DNA of 64,000 nucleotides from Candidatus Omnitrophota bacterium (GCA_023227985.1 JALOCB010000004.1:7442-71441); one strand, 5' to 3'; positions 19,504-29,208 are shown, counted from the stretch's first letter. Numbers and translations are program-made. Notes: generated by a model not told the origin, from the letters alone.

Positions 19504-19965
19504 TCATTTCAAATGACGCGGGGTAAGGTCGACCGCCTCTTCGACCTCCATTACTATCATATACTGCGGCTTGGGGAACGCCGCCTCCGGATGCCGGCCG
19601 GCGCTTTTTTCTTCCCGGAGATCCCGGATTATCCGCTGGCTTATCTTTACCGCCACCTTTTCCTCCCAAAGCCTGGTAATATTCTCCGGGAGCTGGTTTA
19701 TTTTGACCACCCTGGCTTTTCCTTTAAGGCAATATCCCTGGAAGGAATGCTCATCAGCGGCAGTGATGTTCATCCGGGGATTCTTCTTCAGGTTGACGAA
19801 AGTATGCTTTAAGTAAAGATCCAAAAGATATACCCTGCCGGATTTATCCAGCTTGACTATGCTCTTGCAGGAGCTATTGACCCCGCCATTGTGATCAATG
19901 GTCGAAACGATCACAAAACTCTGTTTCTTAAAGAAATCGACTACTTCCTCGGAAAGGGCGCGCAT
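19504..19965 (-). CDS. pyridoxamine 5'-phosphate oxidase-like FMN-binding split-barrel protein
   Basis: The protein of about 150 aa has a PNPOx-like fold signature (FVIVSTIDHNGGVNSS...). The start position is uncertain. Confidence 0.55.
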   Translation of the reverse strand: MRALSEEVVDFFKKQSFVIVSTIDHNGGVNSSCKSIVKLDKSGRVYLLDLYLKHTFVNLKKNPRMNITAADEHSFQGYCLKGKARVVKINQLPENITRLWEEKVAVKISQRIIRDLREEKSAGRHPEAAFPKPQYMIVMEVEEAVDLTPRHLK

Positions 19966-19970
19966 ATCTT

Positions 19971-20366
19971 TTATTTCACTTCCAGCCGTTGCGAATTCTG
20001 CCAAAGGCCGTGGATGTTGCAATACGAAGAAACCAGGATCGTTCCCGGTTTATCGCTTAAAAAACTAAAGGCGAATTCCGGCCGGGAATAAACAGTGGAG
20101 GCATTCGGCCCCTGGGCGGATTCACCATGGCTGCAGGCCTCGAACCTGGCTATCTGGACCGGGAACTTTTCCCCGTCCGCGAGAAAATACGCCTCGATCC
20201 AGCGGATATGATGCTCTGTGGTGTTAGGATGCGGGATCTCTTTGCCTACGCTGAGTTTTACCTGCACTGCTTCGCCTTTTTTAGCTTCTGTCGCAGCCTC
20301 AATGACCGGGACGTGCTTTTCTTTCTTCCAATCCGCGTTCTGGAATAAATCCTTTAATTCAGCCAT
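19971..20366 (-). CDS. superoxide reductase (desulfoferrodoxin/neelaredoxin class)
   Basis: Contains KHVPVIE...HPNTTEHHIRWIE...C(N)xH, the SOR iron-site motifs. The true start is the ATG 5 nt after the AGGTGG Shine-Dalgarno sequence. The track ORF begins at a GTG inside the upstream palindromic repeat. Confidence 0.8.
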   Translation of the reverse strand: MAELKDLFQNADWKKEKHVPVIEAATEAKKGEAVQVKLSVGKEIPHPNTTEHHIRWIEAYFLADGEKFPVQIARFEACSHGESAQGPNASTVYSRPEFAFSFLSDKPGTILVSSYCNIHGLWQNSQRLEVK

Positions 20367-20376
20367 TTTCCACCTC

Positions 20377-20518
20377 TTGTGTAGAGACACAATACCAGCG
20401 CAATTCCGATTAGCGCTGGGTACAAATTACTATCTCAACACCCGCGCAATTCCGAATAGCGCGGGGTGTCAATTATTACCCCAACACCAACGCTATACCA
20501 ATTAGCGCCGGGTGCTAA
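20377..20518. repeat. 16-bp palindrome TTGTGTCTCTACACAA (sense strand) plus three ACACC...GGGTGT hairpin units, located in the 5' leader of the SOR gene
   Basis: The plus strand reads cttgtgtagagacacaa, followed by ccagcgcaattccgattagcgctgg, acacccgcgcaattccgaatagcgcggggtgt and caacaccaacgctataccaattagcgccgggtg. It belongs to the same family as the arrays at 907..1180 and 35041..35178. Confidence 0.8.
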
Positions 20519-20677
20519 TTACACCTTCTCGAACATATCCTTGCCCACTCCACATTCCGGACATACCCAGGTATCCGGAATATTCTCAAAAGCGGTACCA
20601 GGCTTGATCCCCGCCGCGGGATCGCCAACCGCCGGATCATAAATATAACCGCAGACAGTGCAGCGATATTTTGCCAT
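20519..20677 (-). CDS. rubredoxin (52 aa), missed by the ORF track
   Basis: Reverse-strand translation gives [52 protein letters not shown], with two CxxC pairs and the rubredoxin fingerprint. A GGAGG ribosome-binding site lies 7 nt upstream. The track's 68-aa ORF 20515..20721 is in a different frame. Coordinates are accurate to about 2 nt. Confidence 0.85.
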   Translation of the reverse strand: MAKYRCTVCGYIYDPAVGDPAAGIKPGTAFENIPDTWVCPECGVGKDMFEKV

Positions 20678-20686
20678 AGCCCCTCC

Positions 20687-21871
20687 TTAGATTTTCCCGG
20701 CGAATGATCTGCCGAATTCATAGCACGCGTTCAATTCATCAGTGTCCGGGACGAATTTAGCCGAAATAGAAGGCACTGCCAGCTCTATCCCTGAAAGCTT
20801 CACCACGTCTTCTATCTCTTTAACCGCGCCGCCTGCCCAGCCGAAAGACCCGAATACGCCGGCGATCCTGTTCTTGGCTTTAAAACCTTTGACCAGTTCC
20901 AGAAAACCGGAGATCTGCGGGAGCATATCATTGTCGTGCGTGGATGAGCCGAAAAGAAAACCCCGGGCATCGAGCATTTCAGTGATCACCTCGGTCCGGT
21001 CAGCCTGGTTTATATCAAAAAGCTGCACTTCCATCCCGGAATCGATCAACCCCCTGGATATGGCTTTGGCCATTTTCCCGGTCGATCCCCACATGGTTTC
21101 ATAGACTATCACTGTTTTGGCCGATGGCTTCTGGCCGGCCCAACCAAGGTAAGCTTTGATTATCTGAGCGGGATCGCTGCGCCAGATAAGCCCATGGCTG
21201 GGGGCGATCATTTTTATCGGAATGTTCATCTTCTGCACTTCTTCGATCTTGCGCAAAACCAATCCGCTTAAAGGCCAGAGGATATTGGCGTAATATTTCC
21301 TGGCTTCCTCCATTAAAACAGATTGATCCACCTGGTCGTTAAACCTGGCGGAAGTGGCGTAATGCTGGCCAAAGGCGTCGTTGGGCATAAGCATCTCGTC
21401 TTCCGGGATATAAGTGAACATGCTGTCCGGCCAATGCAGCATTGGAGCTTCCAGGAAAACAAGCCTGCGGCTGCCTAATTTTATCCCGTCGCCGCTTTTA
21501 ACCGCCTGAAAATCCCAGTCAGCGTAATAATGCTTATACAGGCCTTCTTTGCATTTCTGCGTTCCCAGCACTTTGGCCCCGGGGCATAATTTCATCAACT
21601 CCGGCATTGCCCCGGAATGATCGGTTTCCACATGATTGGCTATAACATAATCTATCTTTGCCGGATCGATCACTTCTTTGATCCTGGCGATGAATTCCGG
21701 AGCGAAAGCGGGCAGGACAGTGTCGATCAGCGCGATTTTGTCATCAACAATAAGATAAGAATTATAGGTTGTCCCTCTTTTAGTGGTGTAGGTATGGCCG
21801 TGGAAATTGCGCACGTTCCAATCCACCACGCCGACCCAATAGATCCCTTTCTTTATCTCCTGCGGTTTCAT
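20687..21871 (-). CDS. flavodiiron protein (rubredoxin:O2/NO oxidoreductase, FprA/ROO type)
   Basis: The 394-aa protein has a metallo-beta-lactamase-like diiron domain (HVETDHSGA...) and a C-terminal flavodoxin domain (TVIVYETMWGSTGKMA). Confidence 0.88.
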   Translation of the reverse strand: MKPQEIKKGIYWVGVVDWNVRNFHGHTYTTKRGTTYNSYLIVDDKIALIDTVLPAFAPEFIARIKEVIDPAKIDYVIANHVETDHSGAMPELMKLCPGAKVLGTQKCKEGLYKHYYADWDFQAVKSGDGIKLGSRRLVFLEAPMLHWPDSMFTYIPEDEMLMPNDAFGQHYATSARFNDQVDQSVLMEEARKYYANILWPLSGLVLRKIEEVQKMNIPIKMIAPSHGLIWRSDPAQIIKAYLGWAGQKPSAKTVIVYETMWGSTGKMAKAISRGLIDSGMEVQLFDINQADRTEVITEMLDARGFLFGSSTHDNDMLPQISGFLELVKGFKAKNRIAGVFGSFGWAGGAVKEIEDVVKLSGIELAVPSISAKFVPDTDELNACYEFGRSFAGKI

Positions 21872-21872
21872 A

Positions 21873-22565
21873 TCAGGGCTCCTTTACAAATTGGCTCTTA
21901 TCCGCCCCGCACACCGGACAACGCCAGCTATCAGGAATATCCTCAAACAGCGTGCCTGGAACTATCCCGGAATCCGGGTCACCCAGCGCGGGATCATATA
22001 TATAATTACATACTTCGCAGCGGTATTTCTGCCCGGCCCCGGGGATCTCCTGCTTATCCTCGCCCTTAATAAAAGTCGGGGCTGACTGCGGGGTTGTCCC
22101 GCGCTTGACCTTATGGTAATAATCATAGGTCATGGGCACGGCTTCCTTCAACAATTTCGATGCGGTTATCTCCCCCAGAAAAAGGGTATGCGTGCCGCAA
22201 TCCAATTCCTTGACCACCTTTGCTTCAAGATATGCCAGGGTATGCTCTAAAACAACCGGGCATCCGGAATCCAGCGCGGAGAACTGCACATTCTCAAATT
22301 TATTTATTTCGCGCCCGCTCTTAAAGCCGAACTTGCCGATAAGGTCCAAAGGGCAGTTTTGGGTAAGCACTGATACCGTGAACCTGCGGCTTTCCCGGAT
22401 GAACTCGTGGGTAAGATTATTCTTATTGATGCTTACCGCTATAGTCGCGGGCTCGCTGGTGATCTGAAATACGGTATTGGCGACCTGGCCATTAGTCCGG
22501 CCATTTTTATAAGAACAGACTATATACATCCCGTAACTAATATTATGCAGGACGCTAAGATCCAT
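21873..22565 (-). CDS. high-molecular-weight rubredoxin (flavin reductase-like domain fused to a C-terminal rubredoxin domain)
   Basis: The N-terminal region of about 170 aa is a flavin-reductase-like FMN-binding domain. The C-terminal sequence is [47 protein letters not shown], which is a rubredoxin domain. Confidence 0.8.
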   Translation of the reverse strand: MDLSVLHNISYGMYIVCSYKNGRTNGQVANTVFQITSEPATIAVSINKNNLTHEFIRESRRFTVSVLTQNCPLDLIGKFGFKSGREINKFENVQFSALDSGCPVVLEHTLAYLEAKVVKELDCGTHTLFLGEITASKLLKEAVPMTYDYYHKVKRGTTPQSAPTFIKGEDKQEIPGAGQKYRCEVCNYIYDPALGDPDSGIVPGTLFEDIPDSWRCPVCGADKSQFVKEP

Positions 22566-22579
22566 ATAACGCTCTCCTT

Positions 22580-23536
22580 TTACAGCCCGACATCCTTAAT
22601 TACTTTTTTTACCGCCTCTGCCGAATTCCTGAACGCCTTTTGCTCGGACTCGTCCATATCCAATTCCAAGACCTGCCGGACCCCGCTTTTGTTGACTACC
22701 GCCGGAAGGCTCAGGTATACATCTTTAACCCCAAGATATCCGTTGATCAGAGAAGAAACCGGCAAAATGGCGTTTTCATCATTGATGACCGCCTGGGTGA
22801 TCCTGACCAGCGCAAGGCCTATGCCGTAAGAGGTTTCGCCTTTGCGCTCGATTATCTTATACGCCGAATCCCTTACCTCGGCGAAGATGGAATTGAATTC
22901 GTCCTCAGGGCGGCAGATATGGTTATTCGAACATACCGAACAATAATTCTTAAATAGCGCCCCGCCGATCATCGCCTTGCTCCAGACCGCGAATTCGCTG
23001 TCCCCGTGCTCTCCCAGGATATAGGCGTGGATATTATGCGGATCCACCCCGCAATGTTTGCTTAACAGGAAACGAAAACGCGCGGTATCTAAAACCGTGC
23101 CGGAACTCATCACCTGGCCGGCAGGCTTTCCGGAGATCTTATAAGCGGCGTAAGCCAGGATATCCACGGGATTAGTTACTACAAGTAAAAGGGCGTTCGG
23201 CGCGTGCTTTATGATCTCCGGGATCATCCGCTTAAACAGGCCCGCGTTATCCCTGACCAGATCGATCCGGGATTGTCCGGGCTTTTGTTTGCTGCCCGCG
23301 GTTATAACCACAATGTCGGAATTCCTGATATCCGGGTAATCGCCCGCGATCACTTCTACCGCCGGTATATACGGAGCGCCGTGGGAAAGGTCCATTACCT
23401 CGCCTTCCAGCCTCTTGCGGTCCAGGTCCACTATCACGATCTGCCTGGCCAGCGCCCTGCTCATTAAAGCATACGCATAGCGCATGCCTACGTTGCCGCA
23501 TCCGATTATCGAAACCTTGGGTCTAAGATCATCCAT
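22580..23536 (-). CDS. ldh: L-lactate dehydrogenase
   Basis: Contains a Rossmann GCGNVG motif, GEHGDS, a catalytic His region, and Gln at the substrate-specificity position (KQKPGQSR). There is an unusual Cys-rich insert ([10 protein letters not shown]). The start is probably the internal Met (MDDLRPKV). Confidence 0.8.
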   Translation of the reverse strand: MDDLRPKVSIIGCGNVGMRYAYALMSRALARQIVIVDLDRKRLEGEVMDLSHGAPYIPAVEVIAGDYPDIRNSDIVVITAGSKQKPGQSRIDLVRDNAGLFKRMIPEIIKHAPNALLLVVTNPVDILAYAAYKISGKPAGQVMSSGTVLDTARFRFLLSKHCGVDPHNIHAYILGEHGDSEFAVWSKAMIGGALFKNYCSVCSNNHICRPEDEFNSIFAEVRDSAYKIIERKGETSYGIGLALVRITQAVINDENAILPVSSLINGYLGVKDVYLSLPAVVNKSGVRQVLELDMDESEQKAFRNSAEAVKKVIKDVGL

Positions 23537-23550
23537 AACGCCCTCTTTCT

Positions 23551-24435
23551 CTAAACATCCACGCCTATCCATTTACGTATCGCCAGCCCGATCAGGAAGT
23601 TTATACCGGCGATCCCCAAACTTATACCTGCCATTTCCATAAATCGCGCCTTGAATTTCAAACCTTTCGCTACCGAGATATAAAAAGTAAAAATAAAGAT
23701 CGCCAGCAGCGCGAAAAGAACAACCAGGCTTAAACAAACAAATATATTCTTGAAAATCAAATACGGCGAGATCAATAAAGCCACGGTAAAACAATAGGCG
23801 ATCCCGGTATAAATACTGGCCTTTAAGGGATCCTTCTTTGTTTCCTCCTGCTTGGTGGAAAGGTATTCCGAAGCAGCCATAGATAGAGCCGCGGCGATCC
23901 CGGTGATCAATCCGACTATAGCAACCAGGCGGGTTTTCTGCAATGCCAGGCTGAAACCCACCAGCGCGCCGGTCAATTCCACTAACGCGTCATTTAGCCC
24001 GAGAACCACGGAACTAACATACATCAGGCCTTCTTCGTCTACCAGGTCGATAAGTTCTTTTTCATGCGCTTCCTCATCATCGATGAGCCGGGAGACCGCA
24101 GGTGATACGTCCCTTAATTTAACATAGAAATCCTGAGCCAGGGCCTCTGCGTTCTCTAAAAGTTTCAAGCCAAAGGTGATCCCGAAGATCCTGGCTACCC
24201 AGACATAAAATAATATCTTTAACCGGTCCGGCTCGACATCCTCGCCGGAAATACCTTTCCAGAATTCATAGTGCGACAATTCATCCCGGGATATCTTTTC
24301 CAGGATGGCTGCCCGCCCTTTATCCTTCAGCGTTTGCCCAACTTGATGATAAATAAAATACTCGGTTATTTCATTTCTCTGGGCCTTCAGGACATTCTTT
24401 TTTAATTCCTGCGTCAGCATGTTCCTTTTTGGCAT
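23551..24435 (-). CDS. VIT1/CCC1-family iron transporter with an N-terminal ferritin-like domain
   Basis: The N-terminal ferritin/rubrerythrin-like four-helix region (EYFIYHQ...ELSHYEFW) is followed by a VIT1 membrane domain. Confidence 0.7.
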   Translation of the reverse strand: MPKRNMLTQELKKNVLKAQRNEITEYFIYHQVGQTLKDKGRAAILEKISRDELSHYEFWKGISGEDVEPDRLKILFYVWVARIFGITFGLKLLENAEALAQDFYVKLRDVSPAVSRLIDDEEAHEKELIDLVDEEGLMYVSSVVLGLNDALVELTGALVGFSLALQKTRLVAIVGLITGIAAALSMAASEYLSTKQEETKKDPLKASIYTGIAYCFTVALLISPYLIFKNIFVCLSLVVLFALLAIFIFTFYISVAKGLKFKARFMEMAGISLGIAGINFLIGLAIRKWIGVDV

Positions 24436-27131
24436 TTTCGCCGGCTAAAGAACTTGTATAATTCCATTGCCCATAACGGGAACGAGGAGATCGCGATCAC
24501 CAGGAACCAATCAAATAAGCCGAGGGCTTCAGTCTTGAATACTGTCTGCAGGAACGGCATATACACTACAGCCATCTGCAGAAAGAATGAAACCAGGCAG
24601 GCCAGGATAAGTTTTTTGTTGGTGAATATGCCTATTTTAAAAAGCGACTCGGTCATGCTCCGGCAATTGAACGAATGGAATAACTGGCTGCAAGAGAGCA
24701 CCACAAAAGCCGCTGTCCGGGCCCTGGCCAGGCCTTCTTTTTCCAGGTAGAGCACCAGGCAAAAAGCCAGCAAACTGCAAAAAGCTATAAAACTTCCCTG
24801 GACCAACATAATTATTCCCCGGGACCGGTTAACCACCGGCTCGTTGGGCTTTCTGGGCATGCGTTGCATCACCTTGGGTTCGACAGGATCAACCCCCAAA
24901 GCAAGCGCGGGAAATCCGTCGGTGACCAGGTTCACCCAGAGTATGTGTATGGGCAAAAGCGGAACAGGCATGCCTAAAAGCGAAGATACAAACATCACTA
25001 ATATTTCTCCGGCATTGCAGGACAAAAGATAATGGATGAATTTCTTTATATTATCATATATGCCCCGTCCCTCTTCCACTGCCGCGACTATAGAGGCGAA
25101 ATTATCGTCGGTGATAACCATATCCGACACTTCTTTGGTCACATCCGTACCGGTGATCCCCATGGCTACGCCGATATCCGCCTCTTTTACCGCCGGGGCG
25201 TCATTAACCCCGTCGCCGGTCATGGCCACGACCTCTCCCCTTCTGCGCCAGGCTCGCACTATCCTTAATTTATGCTCCGGGGATACCCGGGCGTAAACCG
25301 GTATGCGCTCGATCTCTTTTTCTAGCTGCGCATCGCTCAAGCGGTCAAGCTCCTCTCCGCTCAAAGCCCAGGATCCGCCTTTAAAGAATCCCAGGTCCTG
25401 GGCAATAGCCACAGCGGTATTCTTATGGTCTCCGGTTATCATCACTGTCTTGATCCCCGCGCTCTTGCAGATATTGACCGCCGCCCTTACTTCCTCCCGG
25501 GGCGGGTCGATCATTGCCGCTAGCCCCAAAAATATCAGATCCTTCTCGATATCCGCCGCTTCATATTCTTTAGTCTGGGCATCCAGGGGCCGGAAAGCGA
25601 CAGCCAGGACGCGCATGGCCTGGTTAGCCAGATCGATATTGCTCTTGCTGATCCTTTCCCTATCCGCCGCGGTCAATTGCCGGATATCCCCGTTATCCTG
25701 TATATAGGAACAGTCATTCAATAATATGTCCGGAGCGCCTTTAACAAAGGCGCGCATCTTCTGATCCTTTGCCTGACGGACAACGCTCATCTTCTTGCGC
25801 ACTGAATCAAAAGGGATCTCCTCAATAAACTGAAATTCACCTTCTGCGCGATCTTTATAAATACCCGCCTTTGCCGCCGCGGTCAACAAAGATGCCTCGG
25901 TCGGGTCTCCGAATATCCGGTAACCTTTTTCGCCTTTGGTCAACTGCGCACTATTGCATAATACCGCGGACAAAAGCATTTGTTTCAGGTCCGGAAAATC
26001 AGCCGGATTTATTTTTGTTCCGTCAGAACTGAATTCCCCCGCAGGTTCATAGCCGATACCGCTTACCTTGAATAACCGGTTACCGCTATAAACCGCCTGC
26101 ACGGTCATTTCGTTCTTGGTAAGAGTCCCGGTTTTATCCGAGCAGATCACCGTAGCGCAGCCCAGGGTTTCCACTGACGGGAGCTTGCGGATAAGGGCAT
26201 TGCGTTTGACCATGCGCTGCACGCCTAAAGCCAGGGCAATCGTCACTACCGCCGGCAGGCCCTCGGGGATAGCAGCGACCGCCAAACTTACTGCGGTCAA
26301 AAACATCGCTATCAAATTATCCCGGTTGAACCCTCCCCGGAACAACCCCAGAAGAAAAACCATCCCGACCAAAACAAAGCACACATAAACTATCCACTTG
26401 CCGAATTCCTCTAATTTTTTCTGTAAAGGAGTATCCTCCTGCTTTATATCCTGGATCATCCCGGCGATCTTGCCTAATTCTGTGCTCATCCCGGTGCTGA
26501 TAACTACCGCCCGGGCCTTGCCTGACGCTACTGATGTGCCCAGGTAAACCATATTCGCCCGTTCAGCCAAAGGCACTTCTTTTTCCGGCAAAGCCTGCTG
26601 GGTCTTATCCACAGGCGTGGATTCCCCGGTAAGCGATGCTTCCAGGGTCGAGAAATTCGAACTGACCCAGAATAAACGGCTATCCGCGGGCACATGGTCC
26701 CCCGCTTCAAGCTCGATTATATCTCCGGGGACAATTTCCGCGGAAGGGATCACCTTGGGCTGGCCGTCACGAAAAACCTTGGAATTCGGGCTGGACAGTT
26801 TCTTCAGAGCGGCCAGGGATTTTTCCGCGCGGTATTCCTGGATAAAACCCATTAAGGCGTTCAGGATGACAATGCCGATGATCGCCAGGGCATCGATCCA
26901 TTCCCGCAAGAAGCCCGAAACCAGGGCCGCAGCGATCAATATCCAGATAATAAAATCATTGAATTGTTCCAGGAATTTGACCAGCAGGCTTACCGGCTTC
27001 TTTTCCTTCAACGAGTTAGGCCCGTATTTAACCTTGCGGGCTGCGGCTTCCTGCTGAGTAAGCCCCTTATTCAAGCTGGTATCCAGCGTTTTTTCTATTT
27101 CGTGTATCTCCGACTGCCAAGCTGCTTTCAT
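24414..27131 (-). CDS. calcium-translocating P-type ATPase (P2A/P2B type)
   Basis: Contains CSDKTGTLT (phosphorylation site), [10 protein letters not shown], and MITGDH. The protein is 905 aa long with 10 transmembrane helices. Confidence 0.88.
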   Translation of the reverse strand: MKAAWQSEIHEIEKTLDTSLNKGLTQQEAAARKVKYGPNSLKEKKPVSLLVKFLEQFNDFIIWILIAAALVSGFLREWIDALAIIGIVILNALMGFIQEYRAEKSLAALKKLSSPNSKVFRDGQPKVIPSAEIVPGDIIELEAGDHVPADSRLFWVSSNFSTLEASLTGESTPVDKTQQALPEKEVPLAERANMVYLGTSVASGKARAVVISTGMSTELGKIAGMIQDIKQEDTPLQKKLEEFGKWIVYVCFVLVGMVFLLGLFRGGFNRDNLIAMFLTAVSLAVAAIPEGLPAVVTIALALGVQRMVKRNALIRKLPSVETLGCATVICSDKTGTLTKNEMTVQAVYSGNRLFKVSGIGYEPAGEFSSDGTKINPADFPDLKQMLLSAVLCNSAQLTKGEKGYRIFGDPTEASLLTAAAKAGIYKDRAEGEFQFIEEIPFDSVRKKMSVVRQAKDQKMRAFVKGAPDILLNDCSYIQDNGDIRQLTAADRERISKSNIDLANQAMRVLAVAFRPLDAQTKEYEAADIEKDLIFLGLAAMIDPPREEVRAAVNICKSAGIKTVMITGDHKNTAVAIAQDLGFFKGGSWALSGEELDRLSDAQLEKEIERIPVYARVSPEHKLRIVRAWRRRGEVVAMTGDGVNDAPAVKEADIGVAMGITGTDVTKEVSDMVITDDNFASIVAAVEEGRGIYDNIKKFIHYLLSCNAGEILVMFVSSLLGMPVPLLPIHILWVNLVTDGFPALALGVDPVEPKVMQRMPRKPNEPVVNRSRGIIMLVQGSFIAFCSLLAFCLVLYLEKEGLARARTAAFVVLSCSQLFHSFNCRSMTESLFKIGIFTNKKLILACLVSFFLQMAVVYMPFLQTVFKTEALGLFDWFLVIAISSFPLWAMELYKFFSRRKCQKGTC

Positions 27132-27202
27132 TACCCTTCCTTTTTGAGGTTATTTATTACCTATATTATCGCACAATCATTGTTTTACGGCAAGTTTGAC
27201 CG

Positions 27203-28213
27203 CTATTTAAATACTCCCGGGATAGGATGGCTGCAGAACTTGCATTTGGACTTCTCTATATTGTTCTCCCGGATATCATAGACTTTTCTTTTGACCAGCG
27301 TCTTCTGGCAATTAGGGCAAAGGCTGTCATTTCCCCAGCTGTAAACATTACCTACATATACATATCTTAGGCCCGCGTCATAGCCCAGCTTCATAGCCAG
27401 TTTTAAGGTTTCTTCGGGCGTAGGATCCTGGGAAGTGAATTTATAATTCGGATAGAACCTGGATATATGCCAGGGGATATCCTTGTCCACTCCAGCCAGG
27501 AACTCCGCTATACTCTTTAACTCCTCAGGGGAATCATTGCTACCCGGGACAACCAGCGTAGTTACTTCAACCCATATATCCGATTTGCGCAAAAGCCTGA
27601 TCGAATCCAGGACCGGATCAAGACTTCCACCGCAAAATCTCCTGTATGAACTTTCATTAAAGAATTTAAGGTCAACATTCGCCGCACTAAGATAGGGCTT
27701 AAGCATCCTGACCGCCTCAGCGCTCATATAACCATTGGTGACAAAGATATTGTGGAGCCCTTTAGCCCGGGCGAACTTGGCAATCTCCAGGGCATATTCA
27801 AAGAAAACAGTCGGCTCGGTATAGGTATAGGATATACTCTGGCAATTTTGCTTTATCGCGCTGGCCGCTATATCTTCCGGAGCAAACTCCTGGCCCCAGG
27901 GCACTGAGCCGTCTTTCAGCGAAACCTGGGATATCTCCCAGTTCTGGCAGAAGCTGCAGCGGAAATTACATCCGATAGCGGCAATAGAAAGACTTTTGGA
28001 TCCGGGCAAGAAATGATAAAGCGGTTTTTTCTCGATTGGATCGACATTGGCGGCGATCACCTTGCCGTAAACATGGGTATAAAGCGTGCCGTCCAGATTC
28101 TGCCTGACCCCGCAGAAACCGAATTTCTGGTCAGGGATATTACACTGGTGGCTGCAGAGAAAACAATGGGCCTGCTTATTCTTTAATTTCTCATAGAGCA
28201 GCGCTTCTTTCAT
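27203..28213 (-). CDS. AmmeMemoRadiSam system radical SAM enzyme
   Basis: Contains CNFRCSFCQN, a CxxxCxxC radical-SAM motif. The N-terminal CFLCSHQC and C-terminal CKFCSHP Cys motifs are typical of the PFL-activating-enzyme-like AmmeMemoRadiSam family. Confidence 0.7.
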   Translation of the reverse strand: MKEALLYEKLKNKQAHCFLCSHQCNIPDQKFGFCGVRQNLDGTLYTHVYGKVIAANVDPIEKKPLYHFLPGSKSLSIAAIGCNFRCSFCQNWEISQVSLKDGSVPWGQEFAPEDIAASAIKQNCQSISYTYTEPTVFFEYALEIAKFARAKGLHNIFVTNGYMSAEAVRMLKPYLSAANVDLKFFNESSYRRFCGGSLDPVLDSIRLLRKSDIWVEVTTLVVPGSNDSPEELKSIAEFLAGVDKDIPWHISRFYPNYKFTSQDPTPEETLKLAMKLGYDAGLRYVYVGNVYSWGNDSLCPNCQKTLVKRKVYDIRENNIEKSKCKFCSHPIPGVFK

Positions 28214-28359
28214 TTTTGCACCTCATCAAAATTTGCGGATCCTGTCATAGCATTAGGTCAGTGAGGACTGTGTCAGTCGCTCGAACAGTCCTCGACCTTC
28301 GGTCTGCGGAACTCGCTTGGTGACACAGTCCTCACTATCTTTATGGCAGCATCTCCTTA

Positions 28360-28614
28360 TTATTTTCGGAAGTGCACAAAAACTCTGCCGAAATTCTTAT
28401 CGTCTTTTTCTATTCGATGATACAGCAGTTTTATCTCCGGCTGCTGTAAGAAACGCAAAACGTGTTTCTTCAATTGCCCGCTGCCCTTGCCGGGGATGAT
28501 CTCAACTAAAGTGATGCCTTTTCGCACCGCTTCTTCAATGACACGCTTAAGCTCAACATCAATTGCCCTTCCTTTATTAAAGATATCGTGCAGATCCAGC
28601 TTAATTTTTGCCAT
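28360..28614 (-). CDS. Smr-domain protein
   Basis: The 84-aa protein has the Smr-domain pattern ...LVEIIPGKGSGQLKKHV... Confidence 0.55.
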   Translation of the reverse strand: MAKIKLDLHDIFNKGRAIDVELKRVIEEAVRKGITLVEIIPGKGSGQLKKHVLRFLQQPEIKLLYHRIEKDDKNFGRVFVHFRK

Positions 28615-29074
28615 TATTCTTTACGCGCCTCTCCCCGAATATCCCAACCGCCCAGGCAACAAAACGGATAAGCAATAAAGTTAAATAAAGAATGAATATT
28701 TTAAAAATAAACGGTTTATTTAAAAAGCGAACGAATAGTCTAGACCGATAAATCGCCCCGGGATTTACACAACGCGATCCTTTTAAAGTAGCTTTAATGC
28801 CTGCCGTATCCATAAATTCCTTTATCCGTTTCTTAATAAGTTTTGGCGCTGGATTAAGCGCTTCTTCCATAAGCTCTTTAGAATTATAACCGCTGCGGAT
28901 CTCCGGATATATATTTATAGTGCAAGTTTGCCCGTTAACAAACGCCAATCGATACTTTGGGAACACAATGGGTATTTGCGTAAAAACCCGCAGCAGTAAA
29001 TACAACGCGATGCCCAGCCCTATAATTATCAATCCCTCTTTCGCGATTATCCGATTGATCTGTTTTTTATCCAT
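28601..29074 (-). CDS. hypothetical membrane protein
   Basis: The 157-aa protein has two predicted transmembrane helices. No motif was recognised. Confidence 0.4.
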   Translation of the reverse strand: MDKKQINRIIAKEGLIIIGLGIALYLLLRVFTQIPIVFPKYRLAFVNGQTCTINIYPEIRSGYNSKELMEEALNPAPKLIKKRIKEFMDTAGIKATLKGSRCVNPGAIYRSRLFVRFLNKPFIFKIFILYLTLLLIRFVAWAVGIFGERRVKNNGKN

Positions 29075-29208
29075 TCGTCTCCTCTATTCCAAGACCCGGT
29101 CTTGCAAGCCATTGACGCCTAACAGTTTATCAATCAGAATTCATTTTATCCGAACTTATCACAATTTCTGATAAGTTCGGGGATCAAACAAATCTCCACT
29201 CAAATTTT

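Noticed and set aside
20515-20721. 68-aa minus-strand ORF from the track
   Set aside because: It is out of frame with the real 52-aa rubredoxin, which has its own ribosome-binding site and a perfect CxxC...CxxC fingerprint. The 68-aa translation has no recognisable features.
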